A DNA stretch of 64,000 nt. Origin: Picochlorum sp. SENEW3 (lineage: Eukaryota). Made by a program: the position numbers and the translations under genes. The stretch is from positions 434,001 to 498,000 of the forward strand of contig CP120455.1 in NCBI GenBank assembly GCA_034226945.1. Direction: 5' to 3'. This document shows positions 10,957-23,796 of this stretch, one piece after another; position 1 is the stretch's first letter; the number at the start of each line of letters is the position of its first letter. The notes under the pieces were generated by a model. That model made no database searches. It was given only the letters and a program-made list of their open reading frames with translations, and was not told the DNA's origin.

Positions 10957-13157
10957 ATGGTGTGGAATGCTGGATTGACATGTGGGGGCACGACCCACAT
11001 GTCATGTCGCCTCGGGCGATGTTCAATGAATGGCTCTCATTGTGCCTCATATATCTCTAAAACTACCAAATATCGACTTGAGAGGAGTAGATTGGTAGGA
11101 GGCTCGCACGCATTCAAGAGGAATGGCCTTGTGGTAGATGAGCACGCAGTGGTGCGACTGCAGAGGTCCACAGGTAGTACGCAGATCCCAGCTGGGGTTT
11201 GTCGGGCGGCTGCCGTGGCGGTGGTCCATCATCAACCAGAAGAGTCGGCTGGGAAGAGGGCGGCACGCATGGCTTGGTCAATGTTGGTGCCTGATGGGGC
11301 TCTCCTTGGTTTGACAGTGGTTGCCTTGACACTAAGCGTGACTGTGACGCTCGGCTTTCCCCTCGCGCTGGGTGAGCTGTTCGATATTATTCGGCAGTAT
11401 ATTGCTGATGGAGGGTCGGCTGTTCCGGAAACACTGCCTGTGTGGAATACAGCGTTTGGAACATATGTAGATTTGGTGAAGAGGGCATGGAACTCAGCAC
11501 CGCCTGGGTTCTATCCTGTTCTTGCACGGTTGTGTGGATGTCTTGTGCTTTCTTCTATTGGAAATGCATCTTCAATATACTTGTCTTCAATGTTGGGTGA
11601 ACGATTTGGTAATAGGCTGAGAAAGAGGACGATGGCAGCGCTGATGTCAAAGAATCAAGAGTTTTTTGATAGTCATACAAAAGGAGAGCTCATGTCGAGA
11701 CTGAATACGGATTGTGCAGCTGTGCAAACTACATTGGTTGATTTCTTAGGTCAGCGAGGATTGAGATCTGTTATTGAGATTGTATTCAGTCTCATGGTCA
11801 TGTATGTTGTTGTTGTCCTATTCTTTCATGGTGACTATCGTTGTATTGATGTTTTCATAAAATCGTCATCTGTTTGGTGCTGTGCAGTACGATAAAGAAT
11901 CCATTGTCTGCGTTTGTTTCAATCATCGTAACTCCGTGTATCACGCTCGCCATGAGAGGTATTATAAAAAAGTCAGCAGCATTGACTGTGGAGAGACAGA
12001 ATGCTGCTTCGGCGTCCATGAAGTTTGCCTCAGAGAGGATTTCAAATATTCGCACTGTGCAATTGTTTGGAAAGGAGGATTCAGAGAGTGAAGAATACCG
12101 AAAATTAACACAGAAAGAGTATGATATGGCGTCGCAGTGTGCGACGTTTCAAGGATTGGTGGAAGGTGCAGGAAGATTTGCCGTCAATATGGGAGCCTTG
12201 TCGCTGCTGACAGTCGGGGGAGTTCTTGTGCTGAGTGGCAAAATGCAAGTGGGGACATTGCTTGCGTTTCAGGTGTATAATTTCTTCTTGTCGATTGGAT
12301 TGTCGTCGCTCTCTGCGTCCGTGGGTGATTTAGGAAAGGTTTCTGGATCTCTCCAGCGGTTGGAGACTGTCTTGAATGATTCATACAGTAGTACAACACC
12401 TACTGAACATGTTGCTCATCACAGTTCACATGATCCATTTAGTATAGAGTTTGAAGATGTATGGTTCAAATATCCCAAATCGGATGAATGGACCCTGAAA
12501 GGGGTGAGTTTCCGTGCTGCCCCTGGGTCCTCCTTGGCACTAGTTGGTCCTTCAGGCAGTGGGAAATCAACCATTGCTGCTCTCTTATTGGGGTTGTACA
12601 CGCCTCAGAAAGGACATATTTATATTGGAGGGGAACTCTTGACGGAAGACTCCATGGATAGAATTCGACGAGGCATTGGCACCATGTTCCAGCAACCAGG
12701 ACTCATGTCTGGGACAATTGAAGATCAAATACGGCTGGGAAAGGCGGATGCTTCACTCAAAGAGATACGCCGGGCTACAAGCATGGCGCATTGTAAAGAG
12801 TTTTTGAGCGATCTGAACAATGGGATCGAATCTGACGTGGGAGAAGGAGGATCAAATTTGAGCGGTGGTCAACAGCAACGGGTTGCCCTTGCAAGAGCTC
12901 TGGTAAGAGATCCACAGCTGCTTGTTCTTGATGAACCGACAGCTGCATTAGACATAAATTCTGAGAAATATATAGACATGGCGTTATCAGAGCTGGATAG
13001 GAGCACGAAGCTCATCATCGCACACCGCTTGTCGACAGTTCGAAGAGCAGATTGCATCGTCGTGATGGACCATGGGAAAGTGGTCGAAATGGGCACGCAT
13101 GACGAACTCATGAAGCTCGAAAATGGCGATTATAGATCCATGGTTGCTATTTCATAA
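10957..13157 (+). CDS. ABCB-type half transporter (ABCB28/NAP8-like), organelle-targeted; intron 11802-11887
   Basis: TMD plus NBD: Walker A GPSGSGKS, LSGGQ signature, Walker B LVLDEPT, AHRLST. Confidence 0.9.
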
Positions 13158-13167
13158 ACGTATCTAT

Positions 13168-13947
13168 TTATGCAACAAATGTATCCCAATCACTGTGCAT
13201 CACCATGGGGCCAGCAACCTGCTTCATCTTGTCTGGCCCAAACAATCTCCCTACAATAGTCAAAGCAAACTCCATCGCTGTCCCCGGGCCTCTCGACGTG
13301 ATGATATTCCCATCAATAACAACTCTATCAGAAACACGCTCCTGATTTCCCAGCTTATCCGAGAATGCTGGATGAGCTGTCGCGTGTCTGCCTTCCAGAT
13401 ACCCTTGTGTGTTCAGAACTACCTGCGGTGCTGCGCATATCGCAGCCAAAGGTTTATCAGATGCCTGATGCTTTTTGAGAATAGATGACAACATTTCCGA
13501 GTCCGCAAGGTTCTGAGCACCTGGCATCCCGCCAGGCAGAGCAATCAGTTCAAACTGCTCCTCAGCACACTCACCAATCAACTGCAAACGAACACAATGA
13601 ATGAGATAAATCTCTCTTTGCCTGTATCCAAAACCCCTACATACCTTGTCTGCCACAATGTTGACGCCCCGTGAGCATATAACCTGTGTCGTCTCTTCCA
13701 CAGAAGCAAGTGTTACCTGTGCCTCAGCTCTCCTCAGAACATCGGCAATGATAATTGCCTCCATCTCCTCACTCCCATTGGCAATAGGTATCAACACAGA
13801 TGGATTTTTCGATGCTGATGCCATAATGATCGCGTATTTGCGTGGTGTTCTATTGCAAACCCTTCGGATTGCTGTGGAATGCCTTGGACGTTGTATTTGA
13901 CGCAACCCAGATTGAAATGGCAGCCTCAAGGACACTGTAACCACCAT
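13168..13947 (-). CDS. DJ-1/PfpI family protein with transit peptide; 63-nt intron 13582-13644
   Basis: ANGSEEMEA, LPGGMPGA, AAICAAP (catalytic Cys), TSRGPGTA. Confidence 0.92.
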   Translation of the reverse strand: MVVTVSLRLPFQSGLRQIQRPRHSTAIRRVCNRTPRKYAIIMASASKNPSVLIPIANGSEEMEAIIIADVLRRAEAQVTLASVEETTQVICSRGVNIVADKVCRGFGYRQREIYLIHCVRLQLIGECAEEQFELIALPGGMPGAQNLADSEMLSSILKKHQASDKPLAAICAAPQVVLNTQGYLEGRHATAHPAFSDKLGNQERVSDRVVIDGNIITSRGPGTAMEFALTIVGRLFGPDKMKQVAGPMVMHSDWDTFVA

Positions 13948-14814
13948 TGAAATATCTACGAGTATATGAAATATAAAAATGGATGATCGCGCGTGTTTCT
14001 CTGGTTTTGAATGGATCTGGGATCTCTAAAATTGTGTGGGATCTGTCCTTCATCATGAAAGACAAGATGCAGCCTGCAAGCTTGTAAGGCACCATACTCC
14101 CCTGGTTGGCAGCAGCGCTACAACTATTACACCCAATCCTTACGTCTCATCGTTAGTTGTAGACATCTATCCCAGCAGACTGCCACGAAAGGCTCCTGAA
14201 ACACAGCATGGTGTTGCCACCAACTCCTCAAAAGTCACTTGTCGCTATACAAAAACGCTTTGGTCGCTCCATCTGAACAGAAATTTCTCATACCAGCATG
14301 GCATCTCCGCTCATACTTTTCCAACAGATTGGCCAGAATCAAACTGGACAAACTCCTTCTCGGACACCCAAACCCTCTGAGGCTCAAGGTGCCAAGAGGA
14401 TGGGCTTGACGATTGTATCCTTCCATACGTGCTGCTCCAAATTAAAAATGACATTGCATCACGTTGCTTACAAAATAAAAGTCCCCGCATGGAGCAGTCG
14501 GAGTTCCACCACCGGGAATGCAGCAGCGAGCCCTTGAGTACGGACGATGATCTGATAAAAGTGTGCTGTGACTCGTGCTAATTCATTCAATTGTTCAGTC
14601 CTTCTACAGTACAAAATATTCAATCTTTGACGAATTTAATACTTATTCTACGACAATATTTGCCTTTGCGGAGTTTAAAAACAATTTTGCTCCGTGTTGT
14701 GGCGCGACTGTCCAGGTACGACACCAACAGGAATTTTCCATCCCTGTCACTCGTAGGATATTACTAAAGGCGAGGCATGGTTTTTACAGATACTTGGGTA
14801 TAACTGTATCGAAT

Positions 14815-16224
14815 ATGACTGGTCTGAGAGTTGTATGTGTGCTGATCATTGCTGTTTCGACAGCCCAAGCTATCCCGTCGCCCCTGTGTGGTTTTGGCAA
14901 CGGGGAAACCTGCAAAGTTGGCAGCAAGCGCTGCATTAAGATCAACTATCCACCAGCAAGAGCTGGGGATTGTGCTCCGTGTGAAATGGAGGGCTGCAGT
15001 TCCTGCAGTTCTGCAAAGGACGACTGCTCCAGATGTAAGGCTGGCTACTACCCTGTTGAAAAGAAGAGGCCGTGTTCAGAGGAGTATGGTGAAGGTTCTG
15101 AGGGCACATGCACATATATTTCTACATGTAAGCGCTGCAAAGGATCGTGTGGATTCTGCTCCGGGCCCAAGTGCCAGGAGAGAGCCTTGGAATGCAAACC
15201 ACACAAAGTCAAAACTGCACCAAATGCAGAGCAAGTGAGATGGAGAGGCAATGCATGTGTAAATAGGATGGGATATTATGGTAATGGCTACACTAGATAT
15301 TACCACGCATGGATCAAAAATGGCAAATGCATGGACTGTGAACATGCCATCCAATATGTTCATTCGGATCTTGATAAAACAATGGCTTGTCGAGTTTATA
15401 ACAGAGCACTTGATGTTGCTGCGAACGCATGGAAGGGAATCGATTGCGTGGATGAGCCTTCATATACACTAGAAAACTGGTGCTATGGTGGCTTGGCTAA
15501 TTTTCCTTTTGGAATAAAATCCTTCTCCGTAGTCTTCTCCTCCAAATGCAGGACGAAAACCAATGGAAATGTGGAGAAATCCATTTCATCAAATGGAGCA
15601 CTGAGAGTAGACGGGGACCCCAGTAATAAAAACCCAGTGTCTCTCGTTCCTACAAAAAGGTGGACATGGGCTGAAGCGCCTCCTACGACTTCATCAGGCA
15701 CGTGCAAATTCGCCAACAAGTACAATCTGTCACCAGTATCTTGCCCACGGTTCCAACTTGTCACCCATCGCAATTGCAAGCTGAATTCTGCAACCCTAAC
15801 AAATGGAGAATATTTCACCAATGTATTCGAAAGTTTTGTTCCCAAGTGGACAATATCTGGAGATTCGTCATCTGCCACGCTGGAATCAGTGCGGAGCTGC
15901 CAGAACAAAACGTTGACCACACAAGTCAATTCAAAGTCTGGCAAGATTTCCTTGTCAAGAAATTCCTCGGGAAAAGACACCTCATTCAAAATTCAGCCAA
16001 TTGGATCATTTTGCACGTTAGTGCAGTTGATGAGAAAGTCTGGTGGACAGAATGAATTCCTTACAGTTGATAAGGACTGCGTCAAGGTATCCTGGAAAAC
16101 CAAGGCTTCAGAGCGATCCCAATTCAAACTTGAGAGAGACTGCTTGGACCCCAACAAATCTTTCTATGGAGATCAATATGGATGTCCTTTCACCCACTAT
16201 AGGATTGATGACTGGCGTATGTGA
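14815..16224 (+). CDS. Secreted cysteine-rich protein
   Basis: Signal peptide MTGLRVVCVLIIAVSTAQA, furin/EGF-like CxxC clusters, beta-rich C-terminus. Confidence 0.75.
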   Translation: MTGLRVVCVLIIAVSTAQAIPSPLCGFGNGETCKVGSKRCIKINYPPARAGDCAPCEMEGCSSCSSAKDDCSRCKAGYYPVEKKRPCSEEYGEGSEGTCTYISTCKRCKGSCGFCSGPKCQERALECKPHKVKTAPNAEQVRWRGNACVNRMGYYGNGYTRYYHAWIKNGKCMDCEHAIQYVHSDLDKTMACRVYNRALDVAANAWKGIDCVDEPSYTLENWCYGGLANFPFGIKSFSVVFSSKCRTKTNGNVEKSISSNGALRVDGDPSNKNPVSLVPTKRWTWAEAPPTTSSGTCKFANKYNLSPVSCPRFQLVTHRNCKLNSATLTNGEYFTNVFESFVPKWTISGDSSSATLESVRSCQNKTLTTQVNSKSGKISLSRNSSGKDTSFKIQPIGSFCTLVQLMRKSGGQNEFLTVDKDCVKVSWKTKASERSQFKLERDCLDPNKSFYGDQYGCPFTHYRIDDWRM

Positions 16225-16720
16225 TGATCTTTCTTCTTTCCTCCATCCCTGTGTAATAATAAGAGTGTTTTTACTTATTTCTTGCTTCCAATGGCCCATT
16301 GATCTTTGCCGCCATGATGATGCAAGAGCTTTGGGACGATTTTCCACCTAAATAACGCCTTGGAATGCCTGCCGCTGGACAGTCGTGAAGGGATTCAGAT
16401 TGGGTAATGAATGAACAGAGGCCTGTGATTTGCTCACGTGCTGTCACTGTCTTGGAGACAGAATGTGAAGGATGACACCGTGGTATAGTTCTTATCAACA
16501 CATGTATCGCTCCGATACAGTATAGATACCATGGTGTGTCCCATGCGGGGGAGAAGCCGGACGCTTTGCAACACATGAGCCACAAGCATGTGTCTGTAGA
16601 TAGATTTGCGGGACCATAAACATGAGGAGGTTGCAAATCTGCCTCTGTAGGGGACCTCCTCGAGGTAAAGGTACAATTACAGCATCATATCACATTTCAT
16701 CAACAAAAAAATAAACACGT

Positions 16721-17849
16721 CTACCCTCTCTGAGGCTTTTGTGATTTCAAAAGACCGCCTACAATGGAAGATGCTATGGCAAGTCCTGCAAGCTCAGCGA
16801 CGGCAACACCTCCTGCCTGAACAGTTGCATCACCAAGGCCAGCTGATGATGTTGATGATGGGGCAGGAGAAGTTACCTTCTCCACTGGTGCTTTGACTGC
16901 TGGTGCTGCTTTCTCCACAGCCTTTTCCACAACGACAGCTGCAGTTCCAGCTCCAGCCAAAGCAGCCTTCTTTTTGCGAGCAAGAGGATTCTCAGCAGCT
17001 GCTGGCTTTGGATCAGCAGATACTGGCTTTGGCGCCTCCACAGGCGCTGGTGCTGGAGTTGGAGCCGCAGCCTTCTTTTTGCGAGCAAGAGGATTCTCAG
17101 CAGCTGCTGGCTTTGGCGTGGAGGTGGACGCAGCTGGCTTTGGAGCAGCTGGCGCAGCTGGCTTTGACTTTGGAGCAGCAGCCTTGGTCACCTTTGCCTT
17201 TGTCACTGCTCCCTTTGGCACTGGTAGTTCCACTCCAGCTGGTGCAGACCCTTGTCTACCGATTGATGCCTTTTCAGAGAATTTCAATGGCTTGCTACTG
17301 CTGGATGCCTTTTTCGCTGGCTTTGAAGCACTAGGTGCTGCTGCCTTTTTCGCTGGCGCTTTTGTCGTCGCAGCAGGCTTTTTCACAGCACTTTTATTCT
17401 GCTGTCCATACACAGCCTTTTGACTTGGTGCAGACTTTCCTTGAATAATCTTGGATTTGATCTCTCCCTTCTTCTGCTGCTCAAGAATCTGGTCAAAAAA
17501 CTGACCCTGTGTTGGGGCTGGTGCCGTCTTTGCAACAGCAATGGATGGCTCTGCCATCAGCAATGCAGCAGCTCCAGCTGCTAATGCCATTCTCTTCAAC
17601 TCCTCGACTGGCCTGCATGGCAGAATCCCCGTTGTGAGTATTTGTGTCTCTTTCAAAAGCACCGAATATTGAGGCAGAGACCCATGCGGAATCCCATCAT
17701 CTCCAGATGATTCCCAAACAAATTACTATGAAATTTAAAAAAGACACGCACCCTTTGCGATCAGGCCTGGCAGTAGCACGGCATTGAACCACAGATCGCT
17801 CTGTACGTGCCTGTGTTGCCTGTGTCTTGGAAACAACCGATCTCTGCAT
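16721..17849 (-). CDS. Ala/Lys/Pro-rich thylakoid-type protein with bipartite transit peptide and C-terminal TM helix; intron 17613-17751
   Basis: MQRSVVSKTQ...VVQCRA stromal transit peptide, hydrophobic LAAGAAALLMAEPSIA lumenal signal, C-terminal GGVAVAELAGLAIASSIVGGLL. Confidence 0.72.
16962..17116. repeat. Identical 50-bp direct repeat within CDS (16962-17011 and 17067-17116)
   Basis: Both copies encode PKPAAAENPLARKKKAA. Confidence 0.9.
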
Positions 17850-18175
17850 CGTTATAGTGTAAGAAAAACAATTAATCAAAAATGAAATCTAATTTGAGGA
17901 AGAATGGGCGCGAGAGGGAATTGTGGGTTCAATCTGGGTCCTCCAACAGGACAGGATAAAATCAGGATTTATCCATTGTCGCGGTCAATGCAAGGGCGCC
18001 TTGGCCAAGGCTCCCATGGGAGGCTAGGTGGATGGCACAGCACTGCCATTCAGGGGTACACATCTACTGCGATGAATCCATGAATGATTCTATACATGTC
18101 AAATATCAGCACACCCGCTCACGCTGGTGACCTGCATGTTTATTATTGTTACCGCAATGAAAAAAAAACTGCCGC

Positions 18176-19747
18176 TCATAAGGGTCTACGTCTATATCTG
18201 ATTCTGCAAGGTTTTGGCCCAATCACCATTGACGTGAAATCTGGTTCTGGGAAAGGATCAAGCATTTCAAACTCAAATTCTCGGATGAGCACACTCCAAA
18301 TTGTTTTGATCTGGAGCATGGCAAACTGCTGTCCCATGCATGCATGGCGCCCTCCACCAAATCCAAGATACGAGAAAGGCTTTGCCTTGTCCTCTGATCG
18401 TGGTGGAGCAAACCTATCTGGCTGGAATTCATTTGCATCCTTGAAAACTTCAGGAAGACGGTGAGAGAAGGTCGGTGATGCTGCGACAATGTGACCCTTT
18501 GGAATCACATACTGTGTGCCCTTGGATGTTGTAACAACAAAGTCCTCCTTGGCATACCTCATCACCATAATCAATGGCGGACCCAATCTCAATGCTTCAT
18601 GAATACTTCTATGAAGAACATCCAATGATGTCAACATATCAAACGTAATCTCCGGCCCTTGCTCAGAGATGACCTTTTTCTGCTCTTCCTCTGCTGCTTT
18701 CCACACCTCTGGATGAGAAATCATCTGAAGTCCAGTCCACGAGGATGTAATTGTGGATGTATGCTGTCCAGCAAAAAGAATTGCAATCAACAGACCAGTA
18801 ATCTCCTGATCATTCAAATGCCTTCCTCCATTCACTTTCTGGTACTTGGCATCAATCAACACTTGCAACATATCTGGCTCTGCTGACTTTGCTGCTCTGC
18901 GAGCAGCAACAATCTTTCCAAAAATCTCAGCCATCCTAGCCCTCGCCAAATCACGCTTTCTATGATATGGTGTTGGAAGATATGGGAAGAAGACGGAGAT
19001 TGGCCTCATCCCATCATCCAAATCATGATACAAATCAGCAACTTCTTTGAACATGTGTTCTCTCACCTCTCGCCCAAGCAATGTCCTGGATGCCGTCAAA
19101 ATAATCAATTCTCCGAAAACATCTGGTAAATTCACAACTCCAGTCTCCCCCCATTTGTCAAAGTATGCCTTGGTCTCCTCCACAAACTGTGGAACATATT
19201 CCTTCAGCTTGGCAGACCGTAATGCTTCTCCAACAATCCTAAACTGCTCAGCTCTAATCTTCACATCAACGTCATACACAACACCTTTCCCAAAGGTCGG
19301 GACATTGAAGTCATACACCTCGGTCTGAGACATTTTATCATCATTCGCATTAAAAAAGTGAGGTGACACAGAAGGACCAAACAAAAATGTCATCTTCTTG
19401 TGCAATAAAGGCACAGTCACAACTTCGCCATGCTTTTTGTAAATCTCATTCATCAGCTCCCATGGTCCCTGCACACACAGTCAACGTGACATGATCCAAA
19501 AACCGTCCACGTGTCCCTCAAATCAGCAGCCTGCTGTACTCCCACTCACCTTGCTAAACTTCAACAGTCCACCGATGAACGGAATACCCTCCTCCACGGG
19601 TGGTTTATTTCCATGGAATGTATTAGATAAGACTCGAACAGCAACAGCAACCACAACCGTCGTCACAGCGACCAGCGCCACCAGAGTTGGGAGGGGCAGT
19701 TGAAGCAGCACAGAATCAGCCGACTGAACAGCAGCACTGATTACCAT
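18176..19747 (-). CDS. CYP51: Sterol 14-alpha-demethylase; intron 19469-19549
   Basis: FNVPTFGKGVVYDV, AGQHTS I-helix, EALR, FGGGRHACMG heme motif. Confidence 0.96.
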
Positions 19748-20024
19748 CCTCACTGTTGTTCCTATATATGAATGAAAATATGTAATATTTTGAATGAAAT
19801 ACAAATGCTTCCTCGTTGTAGTCGATCATGGGATTTAGTTTTAGAGATTCCATCACACAGACGTGCCTCTGGCATGGATTTTTTTAATGTTTAATTTCAG
19901 AGTACTCGACCATAATTTTGAAATCTTGAACGGCAATCACGATGTTAATTGCCTGGTATTATTATTCGTATCTGACAGTAATAGTAATAGTAGTAGTAGG
20001 TATACCATATAATTTCTTCATACC

Positions 20025-20876
20025 ATGGAGACGTTCAGGGTATTGTCTACAGGCGATGAGCTGAAAGAGCACAAAATGGTGCTGCAGTGTCAAACCTGTA
20101 GGACTATTGTCGGGGATAGCAATGAACTTGTGTGTGTGTATACTGTGGGAACTGATGATCATAGGAGTAGTGATGGGGATGATGAGGAGGTACAGTACAT
20201 CTCCATTGCATGTACGTGTATATACTATGTTTTCTGTTGTGTGCTTTTCTTTTTTCCTCCATCTCTGAACTGAACTGTGGCATGTTCAGACATTGATCTA
20301 TATACCACAATGTTTAGTATTATTACCCAGATTGTAACTGTTTGTATAGGTGCATCAAATGTGAGGCTTGAAAGTCAAGAGATGCCGAGCAGCACCACAA
20401 AAGCAATGCAAAAGAAGAAGACAAAGAAGACAAACAAGAAGAGAAGGATGAGCACTGACAACGATGATGATTCTTTGGCGGAACAGCAAAGCATCATTAT
20501 CGTATGTGATACATGCTCGAATCATATTGGTAGAATGCATCGCGGTGACAATGATGATGATGCCTCGTCAATCGTCAAGGACACCTTCTCCTTCCGCTTG
20601 GATGCTGTTGACAGGTATTTCTTTGGCAGCGGAGATTTACGAGTCATTCCTCCTCCTCCTCCTCCTGCTGACAATGCATCAGCCGGTGATCGTCAACAAG
20701 ATTCTATAGAAGAAGAAGAAGAAGAAGAAGATACAAAGAACAACACAGAGGTGGACAGGATGAAACAAGACTTGGATGATGTGAAAAAGACGGTGGCCAA
20801 GATGCAAGAGGAATTGTCTCTTCATCAAAAGAAATTGGCTCAATACGATGCCCTTTTCTCAGAATCTGCAGACTGA
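20025..20876 (+). CDS. Mis18/Yippee zinc-binding kinetochore protein; intron 20212-20349
   Basis: LQCQTCRTIVGDS...CDTCSNHIG pair of CxxC motifs plus C-terminal coiled coil. Confidence 0.72.
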
Positions 20877-20951
20877 TGATTTTTTAATCAAATGTAAAGT
20901 AATAGTATCTGATTCGTCGTCATTAGCAGCGTAGAAAATATCGAACGAACA

Positions 20952-21582
20952 ATGTCAGAAATCCTGAGAGATATTAATCCGACAATTTCCGTCTACAAGT
21001 ACGTCTATATCTCGCCTTCTCAACGCATATTAGTACTACTATTCAAATAATAATAATCACCATACTATGGATGCATATGGATGCAGGGATCGTCGGTTTG
21101 CTGGGACTCAGGAAGAATTTGAAGAAGCATTGAAACAATCCACAACCGTCTATGTCGGTAATGTGTCTTTTTACACGACTGAAGATCAGATATACGAGGT
21201 ATTTAGCAAAACGGGTGACATAAAGCGAATCATCATGGGCCTGGATAAGAATAAAATGACTCCCTGTGGGTTTTGTTTTGTGGTGTACTACACACGCAAG
21301 GATACAGAACACTGCGTCAAATATTTAAATGGTACCATGCTTGACGATCGACCTATTCGTGTGGATTTCGATTGGGGATTTGTCGAGGGACGGCAGTTTG
21401 GTCGCGGCAAGAGTGGAGGGCAGGTTCGTGATGAATATAGAATGGACTATGATCCTGGGAGAGGAGGGTTTGGAGGCATCTTGGGACAGCATGTGACATC
21501 GCAGGGCGATGGTGATGGCAGTCTTCCTCCTGTGAATACAGAAAAGAGATTCCGACGAGATGATTCAGATAATGAGGATTGA
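20952..21582 (+). CDS. CBP20: Nuclear cap-binding protein subunit 2; intron 20999-21086
   Basis: YKDRRF...[23 protein letters not shown]...PCGFCFV...[14 protein letters not shown]. Confidence 0.96.
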
Positions 21583-21632
21583 GAATGTAGAATACAGAAA
21601 AAAGAGCAACATAATCTAATGCATACATCTAC

Positions 21633-22451
21633 TCACGCCACTTCTGGCTTTAATCCCTTGAGATCCACCTTTCCTACCTGAATATCCTCCGCCTTGACCA
21701 CCTTGCCAATCTGATCTTCAACAGTCTCTCTAAGACCAGTCACGTGCTTCATGTACATGTCCAGAACAGCATCATCCTTCACCTTGGCAATATCCTGCAG
21801 CCCATATTTCTTCTCAATTGCTGCAATCTTGCTACTCAACGCTTTCCATCCCTTTTCATTCGATGCATCCAATTCTTTCCCGGACGCCTTTTCTGCCTCC
21901 TGAATAGCATCCATGACATCTTGGCCAATGCCCTCATATGCCGTCTTGGACACATCCATATCCCCAAGCACAGAACTGACAAATTTCTTCACATCATTAC
22001 CAGCAACAGACATGGCATATGCCATCTCGGCTTTCACAAGGGATTCATAGTCTGGCATGCCAACCTTTTTCTTGAGCTTTTCCACCTCGGTAGCATATGC
22101 CTTGACTGCCTTCTCATCCCCTTCCAGAGGCACGTCAATCTTCGATAGCCCCTTCATAAGCTCTGTATACCGAGATTGCTGCTTCTTGAACGCAGACATG
22201 ACCACATCATCCGCCTTCTCCGCCCGAGACACAGCACTGCTGTGATATCCCACCGTGACCTGCAACAAAAGATTCGACTCCATCATCAAGCAAACCCTCC
22301 CAACCAGGAATCCATATGAATAATTCTAATCGTGAATAATACGATCCCAAACACGTACATTCGACTCAACAGTCTCTGCCGAGCAACGTGATGCCGCTGG
22401 GGCTCCAAGACCCTGTCGACGCACAACCTGCTGCAGCGCACGTCTCATCAT
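21633..22451 (-). CDS. Probable mitochondrial ATP synthase 24-kDa (FAd) subunit; intron 22260-22358
   Basis: R-rich mitochondrial presequence; DVVMSAFKKQQ...PLEGDEKAVKAYA resembles the plant FAd subunit (recalled similarity). Confidence 0.6.
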
Positions 22452-22802
22452 TATGAATTCAGTCTAAAAGTACTTGTATTCCTGTTTTCTGTCTGGCAAT
22501 AACCGTCGATCAGCGCTGGATGTGAATCCGACGTCTGGGGATCAACCATGATGCTCGTTGCAAGGATGGCGTTGATGGGACAATACTGCTACGGATGTTC
22601 TTCTTCGTCTAAAATACTCCAAGAAGGAATTAAAAATCATGCTCCAAGTCTCCTTCTTTGGTTGGAAGAATAGATACCTCCTCCTGTCACTTGGGACATG
22701 AATATATACTAGATACTTCTTGTTTTTGGTGGTGGAGTAGTAGTAGTAGGCAAAGCAAGCAAAACAGCGTCAACAAGACGATAGGAATTAACACAACGAA
22801 AG

Positions 22803-23789
22803 ATGACTGGCGATCAGGAACTCGAGAAGAACAAGGACGGAGACACAGTGATGCAGGAGGATACTGGATACGAATCCACTGCCCATATTGTCAAGTCTAT
22901 TGCGATAGAAAAGGTGTATGTGCATCCGTTGGTGCTCTTGTCCGTCGTGGATCATTACAATAGAGTGGCCAAGGACACGAAAAAGAGGTCTGTCGGGATA
23001 TTGTTGGGGGAACGGAGGAAAGGAGGAGTGATTGAAGCTACTAATAGTTTTGCTGTGCCGTTTGAGGAGGATGAGAAGAATACTTCGATTTGGTTCCTGG
23101 ACCATAGTTACTTGGAGAATATGTATCGAATGTTTAAAAAGGTGAATGCAAGGGAGAAGATTATTGGTTGGTATCATACGGGTCCTAGATTGCGAGAAAG
23201 TGATATGGATATTCATACATTGGTGTCCGAGTATTGTGAATCATTGGGGAATCAGGCAGTCTTGGTGATTTGTGAGGTCAAACCAAAGGATGTGGGGTTG
23301 CCTGTGCATGCGTACAAGGCTGTTGAGGACGTGTCTGATACCAAGGGTGCGACGTCTGCGCATATGACGCAAAGTAAGCCCGTGTTTCTGAATTTACCGA
23401 CGGAAGTGGGTGCCACAGAAGCAGAAGAGATTGGGGTGGAGCATCTGTTGCGGGATGTGAAGGATGCTACTGTGAGCAGTCTGTCGTCGGAAGTGGGAGA
23501 GATGGTGACTGGTTTGAAAGGGCTTCGGATTCGGTTGATGGAGATTAAAGGGTATTTGGATGCTGTTGTGGCAGGCAAGATGCCAGTGAATAATGACATT
23601 ATAAAGAATCTGCAGGATATATTTAGTTTGTTGCCCAATTTGAATATGGAGCATGTAGTATCGTCGTTTGCAATGGAGACGAATGATATGATGATATCCG
23701 TGTATGTGGCTTCCTTGGTGAGGTCTGTGGTGTCGCTGCATTCGCTGATTGAAAATAAAGAGGTGAATAGGATGGTGTCATCAACATAG
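22803..23789 (+). CDS. RPN8: 26S proteasome lid subunit RPN8
   Basis: VHPLVLLSVVDHYNR, NSFAVPFEED, GWYHTGP, EAEEIGVEHLLRD. Confidence 0.96.
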   Translation: MTGDQELEKNKDGDTVMQEDTGYESTAHIVKSIAIEKVYVHPLVLLSVVDHYNRVAKDTKKRSVGILLGERRKGGVIEATNSFAVPFEEDEKNTSIWFLDHSYLENMYRMFKKVNAREKIIGWYHTGPRLRESDMDIHTLVSEYCESLGNQAVLVICEVKPKDVGLPVHAYKAVEDVSDTKGATSAHMTQSKPVFLNLPTEVGATEAEEIGVEHLLRDVKDATVSSLSSEVGEMVTGLKGLRIRLMEIKGYLDAVVAGKMPVNNDIIKNLQDIFSLLPNLNMEHVVSSFAMETNDMMISVYVASLVRSVVSLHSLIENKEVNRMVSST

Positions 23790-23796
23790 ATATGAT

